DNA of 64,000 bases from contig CALWVW010000001.1 of the NCBI GenBank assembly GCA_944385075.1, positions 4,401 to 68,400 of the forward strand, in the 5' to 3' direction. Source of the DNA: an uncultured Oscillospiraceae bacterium. GTDB lineage: Bacteria; Bacillota; Clostridia; Oscillospirales; Oscillospiraceae. The translations under genes and the position numbers were made by a program. The notes beneath the pieces are model-generated. The model was not told the DNA's origin. It ran no database searches and saw only the letters and a program-made list of their open reading frames with translations. Positions 57,502 through 64,000 of the stretch are shown here, piece by piece (within the stretch, counting starts at the first letter, position 1; the number at the start of each line of letters is the position of its first letter).

Positions 57502-57866
57502 AAGAGCCAACCAACCGTCAGCCCCCCAACTATGAACAGTTCCCCATGCAGATCCATGTGAAAATCTATCGTCCAAGCGCAAAGGGCCCCATCCTGGCGG
57601 ACGCCTCGGTCAACCTCAACGGCTGTTTCGCCGTCTGGGGCGTCCAGGTGAAGGAAGGCAAAAACGGCCCCTTCGTCTCCATGCCCTCCCGTCAGGTGCG
57701 GGGCGAGTACCGGGACGTCTGTTTCCCCTGTACGCCGGAGTTCAAGCAGACCTTTGACCAGGCCGTGTTGGACGCCTACCGGATGGAGTTGGACCAGGGA
57801 CTCAGCCAGCACCACAATGAGGCCCCGGAGCAGGATAGCCCCGGAATGGGCGGTATATCCATGTGA
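57498..57866 (+). CDS. SpoVG-family nucleic-acid-binding protein, tag PGMGGISM
   Basis: LADASVNLNGCFAVWGVQVKEGKNGPFVSMPS...YRDVCFP. Confidence 0.85.
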   Translation: MKEPTNRQPPNYEQFPMQIHVKIYRPSAKGPILADASVNLNGCFAVWGVQVKEGKNGPFVSMPSRQVRGEYRDVCFPCTPEFKQTFDQAVLDAYRMELDQGLSQHHNEAPEQDSPGMGGISM

Positions 57867-57887
57867 CAGAAAGGAGAGAAAGCTGAT

Positions 57888-58817
57888 ATGAAGCGAAAAC
57901 TCGCACTCTGTGCCGCGGTCCTGTGCCTGACCATGGCCCTGGCGCCCTCCGCTCTGGCGGCGGAGTCTGTTGTGATCTCCCAGCCATCCGCAGCCCCGGA
58001 GGTCTGTTATCCCACCTCCGTCTCCCGGAGTGAGGACGGCACGGAGATCCGCAAGTATTACGATTTGTCCCCGGAGGATGACCCCGCCGGCATCCCCCGC
58101 TCCGACTTCGAGCAGGACGGCTTCCGCTATACCCTCATCGATCTGCTGAAACAGGAGCTCCCTGAAAATGAGAGCCGCCAGCACACGGAAACCGTCTCCC
58201 TCCAGAGCAAGAACAAGGATATGGAATCTGTATTGGCCCTGCTCCCCCAGGAGAAGGAGTTCATCACCGAGGACGGGCTCTCCGGCATCCTGACCCTCCA
58301 GCTGGACACGGTCCAGGTGGAGGTGGCCGGGTACGGCAGCTCCACCCATGAGGTCTCCGCCACCCGGAGCTACCCCAACCTGGCCAGCCAGGACACCGCC
58401 AACATCCCCAAGACAATCGAGGACAATGGCCGCACCCTGACTCTCCAGAATATCAGCTGGCAGACGGACAACACCGCCAGCATGGACGGCTACAACCTGG
58501 GGGATCGCTTTACCGCCGTAGCCACCTACACTGGGAGCGCCACCAGCAGTTACGTCACCGGCTATACCGTCACCGCCGACTACAGCGGCACCGTCAGCCG
58601 GATCGCCCTGAACAAGACCCGCTATGTGGCCATCTTCGAGGGGACGCCTCTGGAGCCGATCATCCCGGAAGCCTCTCCCGATGAGGCCAAGCCCGCCCAG
58701 TTCAATTGGGCCTATATCCTGGTGCCCCTGGGCGTGGTGTTCGCCGCCGGCGGCGTCATTGGCGGATGCCTGCTCTATAAACGCCGGCATGAGAATGATG
58801 AGGAGGAGACCGAATGA
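57888..58817 (+). CDS. secreted protein with C-terminal membrane anchor
   Basis: signal peptide ending ALA; beta-rich body; TM helix + KRR. Confidence 0.8.
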   Translation: MKRKLALCAAVLCLTMALAPSALAAESVVISQPSAAPEVCYPTSVSRSEDGTEIRKYYDLSPEDDPAGIPRSDFEQDGFRYTLIDLLKQELPENESRQHTETVSLQSKNKDMESVLALLPQEKEFITEDGLSGILTLQLDTVQVEVAGYGSSTHEVSATRSYPNLASQDTANIPKTIEDNGRTLTLQNISWQTDNTASMDGYNLGDRFTAVATYTGSATSSYVTGYTVTADYSGTVSRIALNKTRYVAIFEGTPLEPIIPEASPDEAKPAQFNWAYILVPLGVVFAAGGVIGGCLLYKRRHENDEEETE

Positions 58818-59626
58818 AGAAACTGAGTATGTTTCTCTGCCTGATGTGCCTGACTGCCGCCCTGACCGTTCCGGCCAGTGCAGCCGGGCCGCTCACCTAT
58901 ACCATCGACGCTCCCGATGACCCAGACTACGGTGTCCCCACCTCTTTTGAGCCTGTGGCCACAGTGGACGGCGGGGCGCGGAAAAACGAGGACATCAGCA
59001 AAAATGCCGCCCTGATCCCGCCCGGCTTCGGTACCGCCAGCGCAGATACCCTGAACACCGGGACGCCCCTCACCCCCAATCTGGCGCCTGATTCCAGGCC
59101 CGCTACCGGCACGGCGGTCAACGGCACCTCCGCCCCCGTCTTCGTTCCCGGCAGCACGATCCCGGATAACCCTTCTGCATCCGCCCCCTCAGCCTCTGTC
59201 CCCTCCACCGGCTACACCGAGGTCACGAGCGACCTCTACTACGCCGCCGGGCACCTGGGGACCCTGAAGATCCCCGCCATCAATCTCTCTGTCCGCGTCT
59301 ATGAGGGCACGGACAGCAAGACGCTGGCCAGAGGCGCCGGGCACTTCGAGGACACCTCCATCTGGAACGGCAACGCGGCCTTCGCCGGGCACAACCGGGG
59401 CGTCAACAACCACTTTGGGAAGATCCACACCCTGGAACTGGGGGATGAGATCACCCTGACCACCAAGCTGGGCACCCGCACCTATGAGGTGGTGTCCGTC
59501 TCCAAGGTGCTGGAGACAGACCGGAGCGGCCTTGCCGCCACCACGGAGAACATGATCACCCTCTATACCTGCGTGATGAACCAGCGGGACTACCGCTGGT
59601 GCGTCAAAGCGGTGGAGATTGGATAA
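58814..59626 (+). CDS. sortase (class D-like)
   Basis: LKIPAINL, GAGHF, FAGHNRG, ITLYTC...R catalytic H/C/R. Confidence 0.88.
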   Translation: MKKLSMFLCLMCLTAALTVPASAAGPLTYTIDAPDDPDYGVPTSFEPVATVDGGARKNEDISKNAALIPPGFGTASADTLNTGTPLTPNLAPDSRPATGTAVNGTSAPVFVPGSTIPDNPSASAPSASVPSTGYTEVTSDLYYAAGHLGTLKIPAINLSVRVYEGTDSKTLARGAGHFEDTSIWNGNAAFAGHNRGVNNHFGKIHTLELGDEITLTTKLGTRTYEVVSVSKVLETDRSGLAATTENMITLYTCVMNQRDYRWCVKAVEIG

Positions 59627-59749
59627 TTTGCTTCGTTTTCCACCCTCATTTTCTACAGCCGATCCTTTGATTTCTCTCGACTTTTGCCCCTTCCTTGGAT
59701 ATTGTGTGTTTGCAAAGAGTCCCCACAAATGATAAAGGAGGAGCGAAGT

Positions 59750-60439
59750 ATGAGCAGAAAGAAAAACATCCTGATGGCCTCGGCGTGTATCGTCCTGGGC
59801 ATGGCCCTGGCCGGACCCGCGGCGCACGCGGCGGAGGAAGTCCTGACGGCGATCCGCAGCACCCACCAATTCTATCTGGACGGGGAGCGGATCGAGCTGG
59901 AGGCGTACCTTATCAATGGCAATAACTATGTGAAGCTGGCGGATGTGGGCGAGGCCCTGGACTTCAATGTCTACTGGGACGGGGCGGTGCAAATCGAAAG
60001 CGCCGAACCCTACACCGGCCGCGCCACAGAATCCGCCTCCACGCCGGAGCAGGCGCGGCAGGACATCGCTACTCTGGTCAACGGGGTGCGGCGTGAGCAT
60101 GGCCTGACAGAGCTGGCTATCGACCAGCGGCTGATGGACGCCGCCCAGGAACTTTCCGGAAGGAAGTACACCTGGCACCACAATCGGGAGGAGTGCGAGG
60201 CGGTGCTGGACGCCGGATATCCCTACGGATTTGGCTCCAACCTCACCGTCTTCACCGGCGCCGCTCTCCCAGAGATTCCCCAGCGGGCGGTGGAAAACTG
60301 GGTGGACTCCCCCGGGCACCTGCAAGCCATGCTCAACCCCGATGCTGACAGCCTCGGCGTGGGCGTCACGGTGGAGCAGGGCGTCGCCTACTGTTATCTT
60401 CTCCTGGGCGACCCCACCACCAACAACCCCTATGGATGA
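59750..60439 (+). CDS. secreted CAP/SCP-domain protein
   Basis: signal peptide; LVNGVRREHGL..L, WVDSPGHLQAML, LGVG. Confidence 0.85.
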   Translation: MSRKKNILMASACIVLGMALAGPAAHAAEEVLTAIRSTHQFYLDGERIELEAYLINGNNYVKLADVGEALDFNVYWDGAVQIESAEPYTGRATESASTPEQARQDIATLVNGVRREHGLTELAIDQRLMDAAQELSGRKYTWHHNREECEAVLDAGYPYGFGSNLTVFTGAALPEIPQRAVENWVDSPGHLQAMLNPDADSLGVGVTVEQGVAYCYLLLGDPTTNNPYG

Positions 60440-60457
60440 CCGCTGATCCAGCGGCAT

Positions 60458-60492
60458 GGCCCCTCCTCAACAGGAGGGGCCGCTCTTTTTTT
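60458..60492 (+). terminator. intra-element terminator
   Basis: GGCCCCTCCT/AGGAGGGGCC + T run. Confidence 0.75.
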
Positions 60493-60710
60493 GCCCAAAA
60501 TTCAGAAGAAACGGAGATGAAGCCCATGAATTAAACCGCTCCTATCCGGAGCAAGAACCGCTCTCCCATGGCAGATGGGGGAGAAACCGACAAAACTTTG
60601 AATATCGGTAATGGAACAGGCCGTAGGGATACCGCATCCACGGCCTGTTTACCTCCTTCCGGAATGCCCTGTCCCTTCGGCCTTTCCTTTTCCGAGGAAA
60701 GGAAAAGAAC

Positions 60711-63700
60711 ATGAAGAAACAGGCGCATTCTCTGCGGACCCGGATCATGTCCATGCTGTTGGCGCTGGTGTGCATCCTGGGCCTGCTCCCCATCGCGGCC
60801 CTGGCCGCCGGTCCGGATACCATCGTCATGGAGGACTGCACCCATAACGGCGTCTACTATGAGTCGGCGGCGCTCGACACCTGCTGGCTCCACCAGATGA
60901 AGTTCGACTACAACGGCGACACCGTCACAGGTTTCTGTGCCGACCACGGGGGCGGCATGGGATGGTCGCTGGAGGGACATGAGTGGAATAATCCCCAACC
61001 CATCAGCGACCCTACCGTCAAAACCATGATGGCGTATTATTACGCCCACAGCCGCGGCATTTTTACCGACCGTGCCCACGCCCTGGGCGTGGACGAGGTC
61101 TGGAGCAGCGACTATACCTGGACAATGAACGCCTGGGTGCAGGCGGTGATTTGGCGCTATGAGCAGAAGACGCTTGCCGCCGATCCCGTGACTGCCTGCG
61201 CCGAGGAACTGATGTATGTCTATAACAATCTGGAGCACACCAGCTACTCCAGCATCGACGACGTCGTAGACGGGACCTCTCTCCGAGACCGAGCCCAGTA
61301 CATCCTCGACCTGGGCGCGCAGGGCGTCTGGGGCGACTGTGAAGTCTTCGAATATGCCTACGCCGGCCCCGGTTCCACACAGCATCCGGCCTATGATGTT
61401 CAGGGGATCATCACAGGTGATCTCATCGTCACCCATGAACAGTACGAGCTGACTGTAAAGAAGGTGGACGCCACCAACCCCAGCAAGGGGCTGCCCGGCG
61501 CCCGCTTTCTCATTCAAAATGCCAATGGAACCTATTCCAAGGAGGTAGTGACCGGGGCGGACGGAACCTATACCCTCTCCCCCCTGGACGCAAATACATT
61601 TTCCGTAATTGAATTGGAGGCCCCGCAGGGATACCAAATCGACAATCCGGGACCCCAATATGTGGTGTTGCCCAGTGAGAGCGGTAAGTCTGTCACTGTG
61701 ACCTTCACAGATACTCCGGAAATTATCGGCGAGGGCAGTATCCGCAAGGTGGACGCGGACGATCCCACTAAGGGACTGGCCGGCGCGGTTATCAAGATCG
61801 AGGGCGTGGACAACAGCTTCAGCGGCACTTACACCACCGGCGCGGGCGGCTATCTGGAGGATGTCCCCTGGGATACCATGCCCATCGGCAGCTTCACCGC
61901 GACGGAACTCACTCCGCCGTCTGGCTACTCCCTCAATACAGACCCGGACAAGGCAAAGCAGGAGTTTTATTGGGATGGCAAGAACGATGTCAGCTTAATT
62001 TTTGAGAACGATGCCCGCGTTAAAATCGAATTGCTGAAACTGGACGACTCCGGTGATCCCCTCCCCGGTGCGATCTTCCATGTAATCAAGGACGGCCAGA
62101 TCATCGCCACCGAGGAAACGGACAGCGCGGGCCGCATTGTGGTCACCAATGTCACCGAGGGAATGTTCGCCTTCGTGGAGGCATACGCACCGGAGCCTTT
62201 TGCAAAGTTGTCTCAGCCGGTCATCGTCCATGTGGATCAGGCCACGGTGGATGGGGGCGGCACCGTTAAGGTAACTGCCAGGGACCAGCGCCTGCCTAAT
62301 TTGACCATCTGGAAACGGGATGTCAGTGATGAGAATACTGTCATCCCCGGCACTGTCTTCGAGGTCAAGGGGATCCACTCCGGTTTCCACACCAACGTGA
62401 CCACTGGGGCGGACGGAAAAGCGGTCTTGTCTAACCTCCCTGTCGACAGTTTCGAGGTGACGGAGAAGTCTGTGCCGGAGCCTTATGTGGTGGACGATGA
62501 ATCCACGCAGACCATTTGGCTTGGCCCCGGCGATGAGAAAGAGCTGATTTTTACCAACGAGAAACAGCCCCTGCTCACCATCGCAAAATCAGATGCTGAC
62601 GATCCCTCGGTCAAGATCCCTGGAACTGTCTTCTTAGTGGAAGGGATCGACAGCGACTACAAGGACGAATGGACCACCGGGGTGGACGGAACCGTCTCCA
62701 AGCGTGTGGCCCCCGGCAGCTATCAGATCACGGAAAAATCTGTCCCCTCGCCGTACTATGTCTCGGAAACAGAATCGGACAGGGTCCAAACCATCAGTTT
62801 AAACTCTGGCGACGAGAAAATGGTCAGTTTTGAGAACCACAAACGGCCCTCTATCGAGATCCGGAAGGAAAATTCGATTACTCATGACCCTATCGCAAAT
62901 GTCAAGATGCAGGTCTGGTATGCCTCCAACAACACTGCCACCGGCGAGTACAACGATCTGGGCATATATTACACGGACTCGGAGGGCCGCATCGTCCTCT
63001 CCGAGCCGGACGTCTCCCTCCGGGACGGCTGGTACCGGGTTCAGGAGCTGGAACCGGCCCCCGGCTTCTCACTGCCGGACGAGGATACGCAGGAGGTGTT
63101 CATTCCCGCGGGCGGCAGCTACACATTCCACTTTGAAAACCGGCCGCTGAGCGCTATCTGCGTATGGAAATATGACTCTAAGACGGGGGCCGCTTTATCG
63201 GACTGTATCTTCCAGGTCCGCTATCTCTCCGGCAACACCAGCGGCACTGGAGGCACCGTGATTGGTACCTACCGGACCTCGGAAAACGGGTCATTTACGG
63301 TCACAGGCTGTGAGGCTGGGACTTATATCATTGAGGAACTCTCCAGTGATGGCTCCCATGTGATCGACACAGCGCCTGAGACGGTTTACCTCTCCGGGCA
63401 GGATCAGGAGGTCGTGAAGGTCTACTTTGGGAACTCCCCCAAGGGCTCTTTGTTGGTTGCCAAAATCTCAGACGATGATAAGAAAGAGCCGCTTTCCGAT
63501 GTAGAATTTCTGGTCACCACCAGTGATGGGACGCTGGTGGGCGACAGCAACGGAAAATTTGTAACGGACAGCAGCGGTTCGTTCCTGGTAGAAAACCTGG
63601 ACCCCGGTACAGTGCTGGTGGTACGCGAAACCAGAGCAAAAACCGGCTATTTGCTGGACGAAAGCCCTCAAACGGCGGAGATTAAGGCCGGACAAACTGT

Positions 63701-64000
63701 GTCTCTTGAATTCCGAAACAAACCGCTTGGAAATTTGATCGTCCACAAGTTGTCGGGCGCCGACAAGAAAACGCCGCTGGAGGGTGTGCAGTTCAAAATC
63801 ACCTATGCGGATGGCTCTTTCCTTCCGGATGAGAACGGCAAGTTGTCCTCCAACGGCCTGTACTGGACCAATTCCGAGGGCCAGATCGTCCTCTCCGGGA
63901 TCACAGGCACCATCGTAGCGACAGAGGTGCAGAGTGTTCCCGGATATACGATTGACCCGAATACACAGAGTCAGACCGTGGTCGTCAATCCGGATGACAC
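60711..64000 (+). CDS. large surface adhesin with N-terminal thioester-like domain and tandem SpaA/CnaB repeats (partial, runs off right edge)
   Basis: frame read at both ends and absent from the ORF track, consistent with no stop in the window; signal peptide MKKQAH...ALA; GFCADH, VQAVIW, DVQGII; repeated K.D....L.GA.F...E..AP.GY...F.N/D units. Confidence 0.88.
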   Translation, partial: MKKQAHSLRTRIMSMLLALVCILGLLPIAALAAGPDTIVMEDCTHNGVYYESAALDTCWLHQMKFDYNGDTVTGFCADHGGGMGWSLEGHEWNNPQPISDPTVKTMMAYYYAHSRGIFTDRAHALGVDEVWSSDYTWTMNAWVQAVIWRYEQKTLAADPVTACAEELMYVYNNLEHTSYSSIDDVVDGTSLRDRAQYILDLGAQGVWGDCEVFEYAYAGPGSTQHPAYDVQGIITGDLIVTHEQYELTVKKVDATNPSKGLPGARFLIQNANGTYSKEVVTGADGTYTLSPLDANTFSVIELEAPQGYQIDNPGPQYVVLPSESGKSVTVTFTDTPEIIGEGSIRKVDADDPTKGLAGAVIKIEGVDNSFSGTYTTGAGGYLEDVPWDTMPIGSFTATELTPPSGYSLNTDPDKAKQEFYWDGKNDVSLIFENDARVKIELLKLDDSGDPLPGAIFHVIKDGQIIATEETDSAGRIVVTNVTEGMFAFVEAYAPEPFAKLSQPVIVHVDQATVDGGGTVKVTARDQRLPNLTIWKRDVSDENTVIPGTVFEVKGIHSGFHTNVTTGADGKAVLSNLPVDSFEVTEKSVPEPYVVDDESTQTIWLGPGDEKELIFTNEKQPLLTIAKSDADDPSVKIPGTVFLVEGIDSDYKDEWTTGVDGTVSKRVAPGSYQITEKSVPSPYYVSETESDRVQTISLNSGDEKMVSFENHKRPSIEIRKENSITHDPIANVKMQVWYASNNTATGEYNDLGIYYTDSEGRIVLSEPDVSLRDGWYRVQELEPAPGFSLPDEDTQEVFIPAGGSYTFHFENRPLSAICVWKYDSKTGAALSDCIFQVRYLSGNTSGTGGTVIGTYRTSENGSFTVTGCEAGTYIIEELSSDGSHVIDTAPETVYLSGQDQEVVKVYFGNSPKGSLLVAKISDDDKKEPLSDVEFLVTTSDGTLVGDSNGKFVTDSSGSFLVENLDPGTVLVVRETRAKTGYLLDESPQTAEIKAGQTVSLEFRNKPLGNLIVHKLSGADKKTPLEGVQFKITYADGSFLPDENGKLSSNGLYWTNSEGQIVLSGITGTIVATEVQSVPGYTIDPNTQSQTVVVNPDD

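Larger units (their letters stand above)
45958..64000 (+). mobile_element. one end of a probable integrative conjugative element at tRNA-fMet (continues past the window)
   Basis: abrupt AT-richer sequence after the tRNA; co-directional ArdA-like, DUF4314, DUF3849, methylase, SpoVG, sortase and adhesin genes typical of clostridial ICEs; integrase and T4SS not visible here. Confidence 0.75.

Noticed and set aside
47040-57866. Explaining the G-G-M tails as by-products of overlapping Shine-Dalgarno sequences and start codons
   Set aside because: Plausible for a few coupled genes only. The tags ending at 47065 and 54338 precede terminators, those at 49369, 49993 and 57866 precede separate RBSs, and Gly codons vary (GGC, GGT, GGG, GGA).

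Overview
High-GC Firmicute chromosome; gene content and codon style suggest a Clostridia/Oscillospiraceae-like organism (inference). Bases 1-45,957 are core and metabolic genes: hbd 3' end, SAM-I riboswitch-metK-deoC, PrsA-like foldase, 6S RNA, class A PBP, thrR-hom-lysC, rplU-prp-rpmA-obgE, TPP riboswitch-thiT, a nitrilase divergent from a fructoselysine-kinase-like operon with three epimerase paralogs, a two-component/mgl/gal galactose locus, pgi, mgtE, prfB and four tRNAs. From the initiator tRNA-Met (ends 45,957) to the window end lies one end of a probable integrative conjugative element (ICE). It has about 20 co-directional genes: ArdA-like proteins, an R-S-E type ADP-ribosyltransferase-like protein, DUF4314, DUF3849, an orphan adenine methylase, SpoVG, a sortase and a thioester-domain adhesin. 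No integrase, relaxase or T4SS gene is visible in the window. Strongest candidate for an undescribed system: ten of these cytoplasmic proteins, from several unrelated families, end in the same short tag (acidic/Pro linker + G-M-x-M/L), a candidate export signal for a protein payload delivered during conjugation. Other notable items are a circularly permuted MglB, a 181-bp multi-hairpin insert flanked by a 51-bp duplication of the pgi 3' end, a gene-less promoter with a LexA-type box inside a perfect palindrome, and a structured uORF-containing mgtE leader. Family assignments come from motif recognition by eye; no database searches were run.
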